Source: Eledone cirrhosa (lineage: Eukaryota). From it: a stretch of DNA of 64,000 nucleotides. Both the position numbers and the translations under genes were made by a program. The DNA lies in assembly GCA_964016885.1 (NCBI GenBank), contig OZ024741.1, positions 322,958,001 through 323,022,000 on the forward strand, in the 5' to 3' direction. This document shows, piece by piece, positions 39,075 to 53,119 of the stretch (positions are counted from its first letter, which is position 1; each line of letters begins with the position of its first letter). The notes below the pieces were generated by a model. The model was given only the letters and a program-made list of their open reading frames with translations. It made no database searches and was not told where the DNA came from.

Positions 39075-42000
39075 TTTTTAATTAGCCACAAGGGCGCACA
39101 AGAAAAGGGTACAAAACAAGGATACATGCCGGGGATTTTACATACAGTCGTGTAAAAATATGAAACAAACAATTATAACAATCGAAATCCCCAATAGCGA
39201 GGAGGCTCCACAAATGGGTTGTTTAATACCCCGTATATAGAACAACCCTCAACTTCAGGAGCGTGTTGTGCAAGTGCCCCTTTCTTCCTTTTGCTCTCTT
39301 CTTCAACCTATAGATTTATATACAGAGAAGGCCCAATCACTCGGGCCATTTTTGCCACATTCACCCACCTTTCAGTAAATTTACTGGGGTGCAGTGCCTC
39401 TCTCTCACTCTGATTCTCCTTCTAAAGTGGTACCTAAAGAAGGGAATGAGTTGTTGTCCGGAGAGAAAGGCATCTGTCCTCAGTCCTCTCAATCTCGTCC
39501 ACCATATAACCTCTTTCACCATAGTCACTATACAGAGGAAAACCGCCTCTCTTTCGTTTTTGAAGGAGGTTGGCGGTTTGACTCGGCAGTCAACTGGATT
39601 TGTCCCATACGCGACAGCAGTTGTTCCGCGTAGTTCCACAGGTCGCTTACGCCCGGGCAGTGTACAATTGCGTGCAAGACAGTTTCAATTTGCTGCTCGC
39701 ATCTTGGACACGTCCTCTTGGAAGGAACCCTTCCAGGGCGTCCGTGCCTGTAGATCTTGTCACGAACGGGTAGAGCTCCTCGGTAGCACTGCCAGGCCAG
39801 GGATCTCTGGAAGTTGTCCATAGGTCCCGGGCGGAAAGTCCTACCAAATGGTCTGGTGAGTTCGTCGTCTTCGACGCCTAGAGTCTCTCCAAGGACATCG
39901 TCGCCCTTGTGACGTACTAACCCTATAGAATGTCGAAGTGGAGTCTCCACTGATTGCCGTGCCCGCTTGACAGAGGACTGTGAGCGCATTCAATGGGCCA
40001 GGCGCCCATCTTCTTCGGTCTCCGCTTGACCCAGGACTGCAGCTCCGTCAGCGAGACAAGCTGCGGGAAGGCCTGTCTTACAAACGGTGGCCACACCGGT
40101 TGGAGGTCGGTGAGCAATACCTGTAGATGCCGTAGCCTCAGCGCATGCTTGCGCATCATCAGCCACGGCATTCCCAGCCCTCCGTTGGAAGGGTGCTGAC
40201 AGCAGACGGATCTCCTCACCAGTGGAGCCTGCTTCTTCCAAAGGAACTGGAAGAGCATGCGTTCCATCTTGGTGAGGTGTTCACGGGGACAAGGCACGAC
40301 GGTCAAGCGGTAGTAGATGACGGACGCTATGAAAGTGTTAGCCACCAACTATTTCAAGGATAGCTTGCACTCTGCCCACTTCTGGGTGAGCGCAAATACC
40401 TTGGCCGTGACCTCGTTCCAGTTTTTCTCCACCTGGAGGTCCGGACCGAACCAGACCCCGAGCAATTTCACCAGTACGTCCGTCCAGCGTCCAACGACGC
40501 TGTCGGACGGCATCGGTTTACCTCTCCACGTTCCGAGTTGCAAACCGACAGACTTGTCCGGGTTCAGTTTTGCTCCTGTGAGCCTTTCGTATTCTTGCAG
40601 TAAGTTGACGATCGCCCCAATTTCCGAGGTTTCCGACACTATTACTGTCACGTCGTCGGCATAAACCGACGCCGCTTTCTGCAGTCCCGGTTCCAACGGG
40701 ATGACCTGCAGCAGCTCCAACTTGCGCAGCAGTGGCTCTAGAGTCAGTACGTACAGAATGGATGAGAGAGGGCATCCCTGTCGGATGGAATGCGTGATTG
40801 CGAACGGCTCCGATAGTTCACCTTGACCCTCGAGCAGATGTTGGTGTGCATTGCGGCGATCCAGCCCCTGAAGACAGGTCCGAAACGGGCCGCCTTGAGG
40901 ACCGCTTCAAAGTATCGATGGTCGACCCTATCGAATGCCTTAGACTGATCTAAATTGATCAGAGCCCCACCGAAGCCGGGTTTACACCCACCCTCTCTAT
41001 GATGTATCGTTTGAGGTGGAGGTTGTCGTGTATGGACCTGGTCGGGATTGCACACGTTTGCGCTTTCCCTACCAGGTTTTCGATGACAAGCGCCAACCCC
41101 GTTGCCAATACCTTGGCCAAATTCTTTAACTCTGTGTTGAGCAGAGTTATGGGCCTAAAGTTGCTTGGTTCGTCCCCCTTGTTCTCGTCTTTCCTGATCA
41201 GCGTTACTATGCCCCTGTCTGCAGAACTGGGAATACTCCCGTTCTGCTGCCAGTTGCAGTAGACGGCTTCGAGGACGCCAGAGAACAAGTCCGGCATGCC
41301 TATGTAAAACTCAAAGGGTAGACCATCTAGACCGGGTGATTTGGTTTTCCCGCAGCGGCCCAGAACTTCTCGTATCTCAGTGGCTGTGATCGGTCTTTCG
41401 CAGAACTCGGCGCCTATGCTCGACAGTCACGGCAGGCCGTCGAGGCATTAACCAAAGTCCATTGCCCCGTTCGACGCACCGCCACTATGCTCGAACAGTT
41501 GCGCAAAGTGCCACTGAAAGGCCGCGCACATCCGCTTGGAGTCAAGTAGCACGCGTCCGTTTTGGTCTTTCAAAGAACGAATCGTGGACTTGTTGCCACG
41601 TTTCGCCTCTGCCACTCGTGCCCAGCTAACAGCTTTTGCTCCCTCGTTTCCTAGAGCAGGTGATTTACTTCTGACCACGCAGGCTTCGTGTTTCGCGTCG
41701 AAGAACTGGTCCAGTGCCGTTCTAGTTGCTAGCACTCTAGCTTCGTTGCCACTCATAAGCGCCTCCTCTACCTTGGCTACTAGTTATGTTTCTGTTTTGT
41801 TTTTCTCTAAGGCTAATTCTCTGCTAAAGTCTATCGACTCTACTTTAATTTCTCTCTTGAGAGAGTACCACCATCTGTTGTTGACGATGGCTCCCGTCAA
41901 CTGTTGCTTAACTAATCTACTTATCCGTTCACTGTAGGCTTTACGTGTCGGTAGCGACACGTTCAGTTTCCAGTATCCGGGTCCTTGTCTATGTATTCTA

Positions 42001-43415
42001 TCACGGCTGACTATGCAGATTACTAGTTTGTGGTCTGAATAGCAACCATAGTGCATTTGTGGACAGCTTAACATCTTCTTGTCTCTCTCTCTCTAATAAA
42101 GAACCTGTCTAAATACGATATAGATGTCCCGCTACGGTTTGTCCACGTCCACTGTGGTGCAGTCGGGAAATCTAGTCGATACCTATCGGCCATTTGGAAT
42201 TGGCCGATTAAATGTTTGAGGCTGTTGCACCCCCTCTACTGGGACATGATCCTACATAGTCCCATCGTGCGTTTAGGATACCATTCCAGTCCCTCACTAA
42301 AAGCAAGGAGTGAGATGTTCCCAGAAAAGACTCCAGACGTTTAAAGAAGTCTGGCCGTGATCGCCCAGTCGGGGCATAAACGGCCACCAGTCTGAAGGCT
42401 CTACCTCCAAAACTGTTCACGTCTAGGACTACCAGTCTACCCTCCGGGTCCAAGTGTACTTGCTGGATTTCGAGGTCCAGGTTTTTCCGAAACATGACAG
42501 CCACTCCCCCTCCACCTCCTGGCTGACAGAGAGATGCATAGATCTCAAAGTCATTGAAGATGGGGGTTAGTTGCTGACTGTTGAGGATCCTGGACTCGGT
42601 GATGGCTATCACATCCATACTGTGTGACCTAAGGTCGTTTAAAAGTTGGCCCTGTTTCAAAGGCAGCCCTAGACCACGCACATTCACACTTCCAACTCGT
42701 AAATTAGCCATGTTGGTGGAGAAGGGTTGGCGAAAAAGGACGAAAAGATGCACTTACCTTTTCGTTTCCTGGAGATCGGGTTGTTCAATCTCCATTTGGG
42801 TGCTGGTGGGGGTGTTGAGGTGGAGTGGGGAAACATTTTAATAGGACGCGGTTAATGGGCTTTTGACAGGGGTTGCCAACGTCCTGTGAAAATAGTTCTT
42901 TTAATTTCTGATAGGTTTCTATCGAAACCCTTATCAGTTTTAGGTGTGGTTGAGGTCTGCCTTGACAAAAGTTTTCCCCTCAGTTTCTACCTTGGGGTCT
43001 TGGGAGATGACCTCCATTAGGTTTTTGTTGTTTGTGTTAATGTATGTGTATTGTTGTTTGTTTGTTTTTTTTTGTGTTATTTTGGTTTGTTGTTCATTTT
43101 GTAGTTTTCTTTTTATGGTGGGAATTTGTGTTTGTCGTGGTGTTGGTGTGTGTTTTGCTGGTAGGGGGGGGGTTGTGTTGGTGGTTGTGTGTTCGTGTTG
43201 GTGATTGTTGTTTTTGTGGCTTTGCGGTGTCTCTTTTTGTGTTTTTTTTTATTTCCGAGGCTCTCCATCTTCACTTGGGGATGGAGAAGTAGCCTCGTCT
43301 GGCGATGAATCGTCATCAGGGGCGTGTGGGAGGGGTATATTGTGTGGTGACGGTGTGTTTGTGTGTGTGATGAGAGAGTGTTCAGGTTTTTTCCAACCAC
43401 GTTTCCATGCCAACA
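39075..43415 (-). mobile_element. Tx1/L1-clade LINE copy B (decayed ORF1 C-terminus, full ORF2, 3' UTR)
   Basis: Colinear endonuclease, RT and zinc-knuckle fragments; homologous to copy A. Confidence 0.93.
39308..42711 (-). pseudogene. LINE ORF2 (APE endonuclease, reverse transcriptase, CCHC), frameshifted
   Basis: MANLRVGSVNVRGL, VYAP, DWN, SDH, GPGYWKLN, NFRPITLLN, LDQSKAFDRVDH, YADD, CPRC..H....C spread over at least 8 ORF pieces. Confidence 0.92.
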
Positions 43416-45049
43416 TCTGAAAGATGTTTAAGAATGTTTGCTGTTAAATTGTTCTCCTGACATCAACACGACATTAAAATACGTTAGTGAGTTGTGTCGG
43501 ATAAATGAGAGCAAGTTGTCATAAAGGATGAGAGAGGGTGGAGGAATTAGGGAGACAAAGAGATTCCGACTAATCCTGTGTCCATGTGACTAAGGCATTC
43601 TCACACGCAATGCTGACGCTACCATTAAGGCTAACTGGGCAGCTGCCTTAAGCACAAACATCTTAGAGGCGCATTATTGAACCCTAAAGGATCATAGTTT
43701 TATACAAATGCATATAATTGTTTCTACTTTTGGCACAAGGCCAGCAAATACCCAGTACATTATTGGTACTTTATTTTATAGACCCCGTAAGGATGAAAGG
43801 CAACGTTGACCTCGACGGGATTTGGACTTAGACCGCAAAGGGACGTAACTAAGCTGGAAAGCATAGCGTCCGACCCTCTACCGATACTGCCAGAAATTAA
43901 ATATTTCCTGCCAGTAATAAATAAATCAACGTTGATGTTATTTTGTCCAAATTAAGTAAAAATATAATCAAAGATGTTCCAAACGTGACCATTACGAGTT
44001 ATTATCTGAAGCTTATTTCTTGGGCATGGAATGAAACTAAAGGAAATGCTATTTATTTATTTAAGAATAGACATTTCACTGCCACCACAAGATGCTTTGT
44101 GTATCACAGCCACAAGGATATGGTCCGAACGCGGAAGAGCTGAACTCCCTCTGTCATCGCCTTCATCTCTCTCGCCCTCCCCATCTCTCTGTATTGTGAG
44201 CAAATGGGGATCACAAAAATAGCAGCATTGTGAAACTATGTAAAGCGGTGGAGAGTGTTGTATGGTGTTCTGACCTGCCACATGATTTGGTGTGGGTGAA
44301 TGTGAACTGTCTATTAGAAAGTGCAGTCTTAGTAATTTTCTCGGTGTGGTCAAAGCAAGAAGTGTGAAAAACTGATTTTATTAGCTTGCCGAACTGTAAA
44401 ATGAAATTATTTATTGGGGGGAAGGGGCGTATAAGTGTGAAAAGTAGGCGCACATTGTAGGGATAGTCAAGTGTGTTAAATACCCGAACACCAGTGTTTC
44501 TTTTAATTTTAGTTCAACGTGACTGACAGAAAACAGAAAGCTAAAGCTTGCCCTAAATTGAGTAGTTAGTGTTTAGCCAACCTTAAACAAGACTGGGGCT
44601 GCTCCCTTGCTACACCCATGATAAGGCAATGTACAGTATCCAATCATAGCCCTTTCTGGTGGAATCATATAGGTACCGTTGTGATATACGGTGTCTGAAG
44701 CATTTGAAATTAGGTGAAGCCCATCCCATTCCATATCTGAACATAACCAATTTCCTCCAGATAAATACAGAAAGTGACATAGAAAGTGAGACAATGAGAT
44801 AGCGCAAGACTAGATCCAAGTACTGAACTGGTATTTTATTTATCGACCACCAAAGAATGAAAGATAAAGTTGACCGCAGCGGGATTTGAGCTCATAGAAA
44901 CAGAACGAATGCAGCAATGAATTCTTTCCGACGTTGTGATGTCCATGTCGTCGTCTTTCTATATATACATGATAAACGATATGTTAACAAGATGACCTCT
45001 GCGACGGCGCTTCCCAAATCGTTGTACACATCACAGCATATTATATTGG

Positions 45050-45350
45050 ATTGGCAGTGTTAGTAGAGGGTCGAACGCCATGATTTGTAGCATAAAGTTA
45101 TGGTCCTTTACGATCTGAGTTCAAATCCAGCCGAGGTTAACTTTGCCTTTCCTCCTTACGGGGTCGATAAAATAAAGTACCAGTAATGCACTGAGGTAAT
45201 TGCTAGCTTTGTGCCAGAATTAGAAACAATTATATATGAGTTCAAATCCCGCCGAGGTTAGCTTCACCTTTCATCCTTACGGGGTCGATAAAATAAAGTA
45301 CCAGTGATGCACTGGGATAATTGGTGGCTTTGTGCCAAAAGTGGAAACAA
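45050..45350 (+). mobile_element. Two tandem SINE family C copies
   Basis: Family C body twice, separated by tatata. Confidence 0.85.
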
Positions 45351-45908
45351 TTATATATATACATGTGTGTGTGTGTTTGTAAAAAAAGGTAAAGACACCC
45401 CACCCTCCTTCGGTCACGAATGACCATGGGATTTGCACCTAGAAAAGTTCCCCCTCTGAGGCACAAGTCCGGGCAACACAAGCGAGTAGAATGTCAGTAG
45501 TGTCAGGCATGAAGAGATCTTTTTGGTACATCACAAAGGAACACAGTAATTCGAATGACCATCATACTATACATACACAAGGTATGTCAGTAGGTACCCG
45601 AACTAGGTAGCCAATTGGTGTTCACAAGTATATAGAAAGGTATCACAAAGGCACAGGCCTCACTCAAGTACATGTGGTTAATATATAATATTGCTGAGTG
45701 AAACAAGTAAATACATTCAAGACATAAAAAGAAGCCATGCATAAGCAGGTTTAGGTCAGTGTGCGATAGAATTTAAGCAGTCTCGATGTATTAGTTGTTA
45801 TAAAAGTTGTTATAAAGTATTTGGTAAAGTTATTACTCATGCATAATTAGCAATACAAGCAGGACTAATTGTTTACATATCCAATATATTATACATATAT
45901 ACATACAT

Positions 45909-46017
<109 letters not shown>

Positions 46018-46048
46018 CACATATATGCTCCCAGGTTAAATATACGTA

Positions 46049-46260
46049 GTAGTATATTAAGCGTAACAATTACATCATAACTCAAGAAAATGCATGCTGG
46101 ATTACTACAATAAACAACCACTCAATGCAGAAAATAACAGGTCAACATTAAAACATTGTTCAAGAATCATTTCAAGCCAATTCTGCAAACACAATTCTGT
46201 CACCAACATGTGAATAGAACTTCAGGTCGCAGCAACTACGATCAGCACAGCCAACAAGTC
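46049..46260 (+). repeat. 212-bp direct repeat, left copy (target duplication)
   Basis: Matches 48991-49202 with 2 mismatches. Confidence 0.95.
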
Positions 46261-48990
46261 TTTAGCAGTTATTAGTTGTAGAGTAGTCGCCACTTTAGCG
46301 GGGTGGTAGAATCAGTGGTCGTTAGTTGCCAGTGTGGTAAGTGATAGTATCCTCGTTGGATTATCTTGTTGACATAGACGTGAGGGAAGGTCCCTCGATC
46401 TATTTACCATCTATTTACAATATTCCTTTCGTCAGGTCGCCAATTCCAGCAGCATGGATTAAAGATGTTATTGAGACACGAGTAAAACAACGACTTCAAC
46501 CGCAGTAATTAGAGATGCAATGTTTGTTTATTTATATGGTTGAAGTTACAGATAAAAAGAGGTTACATTAGGGAATGTGCCATTGCGCCGTTAAGCCGGC
46601 GAGGCTAGTGGTGCAATATCTCACTGTTACATTATGCGTGTTGCTGGCTCGAAGTTTCCGGTACAAGCTAGAGATTCTTCAAATCTTCGCGGGGAATTTC
46701 TTCCTCAGGGCGCGTAGGGATACATCCTCTTCTACTGGCGCTGATTGGCTGAACTGAGCCAAATCACGCACATAGAATGTATGTGAGCCCGCGGAATGTA
46801 GGTCACTACATCACCTCCAACCAGATTTTCAGCCGAAAATCGATAACGAAGAAACCAAGGACTCACATATTAAATCAGCAAGAACAAATGCTGAAAGAGC
46901 ACATCAGTGAAAAAAATAATTGAGCAGAAGGTTGCATGCAAGAACAAAAAATGAGGCGCTACGGGCCGTGTTGAGCCGCTGTGTCAAATGACCAGTTGTT
47001 TTGTTGTTTATACGTGACCGCCAAAGGTCTAACAAAAAACGGATAAAGTCTGACATGGGCGAAGTTGCTGTTCTTGCATTAAATGTTAATGGTAAGCGTT
47101 GTACCAGTAGCTGTGAACGAAGCTATTATGGTAGTTTACCAGTGCTGGCGAGAAAATGATAGCCCCCAGATGTATTGTCGAATGTGCTGTGGAGCCAGGA
47201 AAAAATGGCTGGTTGCTTTGTAAAGAACAAAAGGCAAGTTTAATTTGTAGGTGGGTTGCAGTGTAAATTCCATAATTTGGGCGAATCCACAGAAGTGGCC
47301 GAAATGCTAACAAGTCCAGTTCAATCTGTTGCTTTCCCAGCGAGTCGGGCAAAAACAACAAGTCGGATGGCCGTCATGGACGATCAGTGTGCAACGAGAT
47401 GCGAAGCTGTTTGAGTTCAGCGGCAATTAGTATTCTCGTGTTGCGGTGACTGTTTGAATCCAGTGGATTAAGCTCTGTGAGCTGCCAGCATCTCAACCAG
47501 GTGAAAAGGGACTCGCAGAATATTACGTTTGAAGAACATATACCAAGAACAACATGTTGGTGTGTGATAAAAAAAATGTGTGCATATGCAGGCATGTAAA
47601 ACAGCAAAGAATGTGAATGAACAAAAACCATGAGCAAGCAAATAGCAAAAGAGCACAAAACAAGTAAATGCATTCTACAAAGAAATATGTGAATGTAACA
47701 AACTGATAATTCAAAGTCAATCTAGGGGAGCAGAGAAATTGCTCAATAAGTTCAAAGTTTTTCAAAGTCAAATAGTTCACACATCACCAGTGTACAGACA
47801 CTAGTTCTATCTGAAAACTGAAAAAGAAGTTTGTTAATGCCGTTAGGGGTTAGATGTATGGTGTTTTTGTGAGATTTCGTGGCCATTTTCCCGTCCCGCC
47901 ACACGGTTGTGTTGCTTATTGTTAAAGCAAAGTCAAAGAATCTTCTGTAGAGTAGGAGTCACCAAATATGGCAGTCACGTCTGACGCCATAATGGTGAGA
48001 AAACTACTGTCTCAATTTCTCGCGTCCCTGTGGTAACGAGACAGAAGGTATGGTGGTTGCGTCGGTAAAGTTACAAGTCGTTTTGAAATTTCCGATGTGT
48101 GGTGGTTGGCGTCGGTAAGGTTATAAGCCGTTTTGAAATTTCCGATGTGTGGTGGTTGGCGTTGGTAAGGTTATGAAGCTGCCACTCACTGTTCCCTGTA
48201 TTGGTCAGTGGTTAAACAACGCTGTCGCTGCTGCTGTCATTGTTGTTGTCAAGCGTAGCCATGACATGTCGGTAGCCATCTTGAAATTTTTTCGTGGCGA
48301 AAAAGTTTTTGAAATACTGCTAATTTTTCAAAAATCTTAAAAGGAATATTCTGGATTTTCGCAAGTTGCGACGTGGCAATAAAAGTTAAACTGAATGAAT
48401 AAGAAGGGCTGCGTGATATTCTTACGTCGGTCACCACTTTAGCAGTTATTAGTTGTAGAGTAGTCGCCACTTTAGCGGGGTGGTAGAATCAGTGGTCGTT
48501 AGTTGCCAGCGTGGTAAGTGATAGTATCCTTGTTGGATTATCTTGTTGACATAGACGTGAGGGAAGGTCCCTCGATCTATTTACCATCTATTTACAATAT
48601 TCCTTTCGTCAGGTCGCCAATTCCAGCAGCATGGATTAAAGATGTTATTGAGACACGAGTAAAACAACGACTTCAACCGCAGTAATTAGAGATGCAATGT
48701 TTGTTTATTTATATGGTTGAAGTTACAGATAAAAAGAGGTTACATTAGGGAATGTGCCATTGCGCCGTTAAGCCGGCGAGGCTAGTGGTGCAATATCTCA
48801 CTGTTACATTATGCGTGTTGCTGGCTCGAAGTTTCCGGTACAAGCTAGAGATTCTTCAAATCTTCGCGGGGAATTTCTTCCTCAGGGCGCGTAGGGATAC
48901 ATCCTCTTCTACTGGCGCTGATTGGCTGAACTGAGCCAAATCACGCACTGAGAATGTATGTGAGCCCGCGGAATGTAGGTCACTACATCA
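46260..48990 (-). mobile_element. Non-autonomous LTR retrotransposon (554-bp LTRs at 46260-46813 and 48437-48990; 1.6-kb non-coding interior)
   Basis: LTRs differ at ~4 positions; TG start; tRNA-Trp-like PBS TGGTGACCGACGT (48436-48424); purine-rich tctggttggagg before the 3' LTR; no recognisable gag/pol. Confidence 0.88.
48051..48174. repeat. 50-bp tandem repeat (2.5 units) in the LTR element leader
   Basis: ttttgaaatttccgatgtgtggtggttggcg at 48081 and 48131. Confidence 0.85.
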
Positions 48991-49202
48991 GTAGTATATT
49001 AAGCGTAACAATTACATCATAACTCAAGAAAATGCATGCTGGATTACTACAATAAACAACCACTCAATGCAGAAAATAACAGGTCAACATTAAAACATTG
49101 TTCAAGAATCATTTCAAGCCAATTCTGCACACACAATTCTGTCACCAACATGTGAATAGAACTTCAGGTCGCAGCAACTACGATCAGCACAGCCTACAAG
49201 TC
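48991..49202 (+). repeat. 212-bp direct repeat, right copy
   Basis: See 46049-46260. Confidence 0.95.
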
Positions 49203-49426
49203 TAAACAAAACAAACGGAAATCAACACTCGTGTACAAGTTTTCAAATACGCTAAATACCTTAGCATGTTTTCTAAGTATGGTCAAATTCAAATATATAA
49301 TCAGAGATGAAATGGAATAGATACAAAAATAAAGATAAAAAATACAAATACAGTCTACATACCACTAAAATTAAATTAAAATAATACTGGCTTAGAGCAT
49401 TTTACTTTATTTAGCGCCACTAAACT

Positions 49427-49546
49427 CTGTGTACATCAATTGATGACGTCTTAGTTGTTACAGAAATAACGTAGTACTCATGTGGTCTCTGTACATTAAT
49501 TGATGATGTTTTGGTTGTTAAAGAAATGACGTTGTACTCATGAGGT
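49427..49546. repeat. 60-bp tandem duplication
   Basis: gtacat(c/t)aattgatga...gtactcatg twice at 60-bp spacing. Confidence 0.85.
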
Positions 49547-50116
49547 GAATGAAAAGGGGATAACTCTGATTATTCATCTAATAGGTAATTAATTCAGACT
49601 AAGACCAGAGAAAGGAATATAAAGAGAAAAATTATAAGTTCAGTAACTTGGCTGCTATTTCTAGTTGTCAAATACCTATTCACGCCACTGAAACGAAACC
49701 GCTATCTTGTGTAGACGCAACACGTGGTGACGGCTAGTTGAAGATTTTGGCTCGTCCTGTAAGGACGGATAGCTGGATATTTTTACACTTTCCTTGTTGA
49801 CGATCCAATAATGTCCACTTTCCGTGACTTACCATCTGATTAATTGGTGAAATATATTTCTTTAATGGGATATATACAAGGAAGGTTAATCATACTTTAA
49901 GGTAAATATTACCTATACTAGCTATGCGTGGTTACACGCGGGCTAAAATTATCTCCTGTGATTATTCATGTATATTTATATGTTAATCAATTTCTAGTTA
50001 TTATTGTAGGCTCAGACTTATCTTAGAGCTTAATTTCCAGGATTTATGGAGCATGTTTATGACATGACACCCACAATTTCGTTTTGGATTAAATTCATTT
50101 AATTTATCTTAATTTT

Positions 50117-50206
<90 letters not shown>

Positions 50207-50694
50207 GGGGGGGGGTTCAGTTTAGTCGCTTCATCTGGTTGCATCTTGAGAAGACTAAATATCTTACCTTGCTTTATGTTGGTCAGGGTAGAAGTTGAAG
50301 GTTAGAGAATCTATTTTAAACACACTCTCAGACTATATATATTACCCTTTTCAACCAACTACTTTTGTCGCAAATTGATTTTGGCATGTTTTGTTGTTCT
50401 AACAGGTAATAAATAGCAACAATACATTTTCATAGACAAAGTTGTTCTCATTGGTACCTGATCCAATGTCAGTTGATGTGACGTTCTCACAATCTATGCA
50501 TGTTTGTTTGCTTGCTTCCTGTGGACTCAGGGTGGTCGAATGGTTAGGAAGCTCGCTTTGCAATCCTAATCTCCAGAGTTCTATCCAATAGCGTGATATC
50601 TTGGACAAGTGTTATTTACCATAGTTATTTACGATATGTCAACTCCTGGATGGACTGTACTTGCAACTGAAATGACCAGCCTTGTCACATACAC

Positions 50695-50881
50695 CACACC
50701 TGCCAACCTCTTAAAGACCAAAAACAAAGTGGCCCAAAACGGGGAGAAATGAGACAAAATGGTGAGATTTTACATAATGAAAGCTATACTCATTTTCACA
50801 AGAGAAGACATCTCTCACCCCAGAGGGGGTAGGAGGAGATCTTCCCGTCGGACGGTCGGACGGGGAGAGTTGACAGGTCTG
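50695..50881. mobile_element. MITE copy 3, nested in a family B SINE
   Basis: cacacctgccaac / gttgacaggtctg; flanks catacac/tacacac; SINE B continues on both sides. Confidence 0.85.
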
Positions 50882-52889
50882 TACACACTGTGCCGCACCG
50901 AATCCCTCTGAGAATTACGTTAAGGGTACACATTTCTACGGAGTGCTCAGCCACATACACGTAAATTTCAAAAGCAGACTGTTCTGTTGATCGAGCAGCT
51001 GTAACACTTATTGTCTAAACCAACGCATAACCATTCCATTCTATTATTTGCTTCGTGTAATATCTTCTTTTACATCCAGTGTTGTTTATTTAAAATCTGT
51101 TTTGTTTTGACACCTCAAACTGTCGTCTATATTCCATGTGCAAAACATAATTAACTCTATGAATATTATGTTTATCGAACAATTTCTTGTACAGACATTT
51201 TAAAGAATATAATGCCAGCAGGCTTCTTATAATTTTGGTAAGCATACACAGTTTTATCTGTTGTACTCTATCAAATATTTTTATTGTTATTAAGTTCTGT
51301 CATAAATATATTTAGGTGTATCATACTTACTTTTAACATGTATACTTTTGATTCCAGCATGTTGATTTTACTTTGTGAAATTTCTTTGCAATATTTAACA
51401 ATGACTAATTCTGGGACACATCATATTTCACCATTGATCAGAATTTTCTTAAAATCAACAGGTTATGATCTTGTTTATGCGTATGAACTCTGTTCTATGT
51501 AAAATATAAATTACAACGAATAAAAACATGTTTAAATAGATTTGAAAGTGTAACGCTACACATTGATATCAGGTTTGAAATACACAAAATTATATACAGA
51601 TCACGACCTTTTACAAAAATATTATACAAAAATATTATACAAAATAATATATTTACAAACTGATAAATTTGAACGTTTGAAATCTATTTACATATATGAA
51701 CTATAAAAAAAGAAAACGAATCGATCATCAGTCCGGACAAAGAATACAATGTTTCCAATGTTCTTTCTGTTGCTGATACTATCTGGCGGACGTAACTCTT
51801 GTCAGAAGGATCAACAGCGAAAGATCCAGGAATCAAGCCCATGACATTATAATGGTGGGTCTAACACTCTCTCCACTAAGCCACATCTCTTCACTATAAA
51901 TAGGTGAATAAATCGCATAAATTCTTTTTGGAAGCAGAAGAAAGTTGGACAGAGTCTCTCACCACATTTCCAGTCTCCACGAGTAATTTACCTCTTTAAT
52001 TCGACTATTTTATTGTTGATATAAACACTGTGGCAACTTTTCATAAGAAAAGGAAATAGATTTCAAATATATTCACAACATTATTCCATGGCACGTAGTT
52101 TCGTTAAAAAATCATTACGATGCAGTACACGAACAACTAAAGAACGTTGTAAATCGATATCATGTCGTTAATGACCGAATGATCAATTATCTTCGATCTG
52201 TAGTACTTAGCTTATAAAACTGGTACAGGTAGACGTTATTCATTCTCTTTCTTTTGAACACACTTTTATAAAAGGTCATTTTATAAAAAGAAGGAGCATT
52301 AGTCGAGTCGTTAAAACATCAGATAGGGAGCTTCACTGTATTTCTCCGGCTTTTTTGTGTGCTGAGGTCAAATCGCGCTGAGGTCAACTCTTCTTTTCAT
52401 ACTTTTGAGGTAGATTCTTTTGAGGTGTTCTGAGCTGAAGAAGGATAGGCTCCGCCATGTCTAAATGCCCGTATATCGCAACGGCGCCCATAAGACTCAG
52501 TTAGGGGTCCATGGTATGGCCTTTTTAGGAAATGTAGACATTCCCCACTTTGACGATCAGGTTCTGTACCACCATTCCACCAACCTAGTCGTAAAGCAAA
52601 CTCCCAACTCTTCGATTAACGTCCAAATTTATTCCAATGATCTGGTTGTAAAATATCTTTAGACATCGTTTTAATGTCACGTGACTATCTAATAGAGTCT
52701 TTTCCTTATTTAAAACTGTAGGATGTGATGGGAGTGAGACTTGTATTTTTAGTAGGTCGAGTGTCCACGCAGTCTCGATCGTTGGTTTTATTGTCTTAAC
52801 TGTAACGTTTATAATCAAATATAATTTTATTAGTGACATTCATTGTATTATTAACTTGTTGAAATGATATATCTAATGATATATCTGGA

Positions 52890-52952
52890 TAATGATGATG
52901 ATGATACTGATGATGATGGTGATGATGACGATGATGATGATGATGACGATGA

Positions 52953-52983
<31 letters not shown>

Positions 52984-53025
52984 GATGATGATGATGATGA
53001 TGATGATGACGATGATGATGATGAC

Positions 53026-53119
<94 letters not shown>

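Noticed and set aside
46049-49202. DIRS/Ngaro split direct repeats
   Set aside because: Order is A-L-interior-L-A rather than A..B-A-B; PBS and PPT present, no tyrosine recombinase.
49439-49470. IDDVLV as an RT motif
   Set aside because: No Y/F before it, immediate stop, and it lies in a 60-bp tandem duplication.
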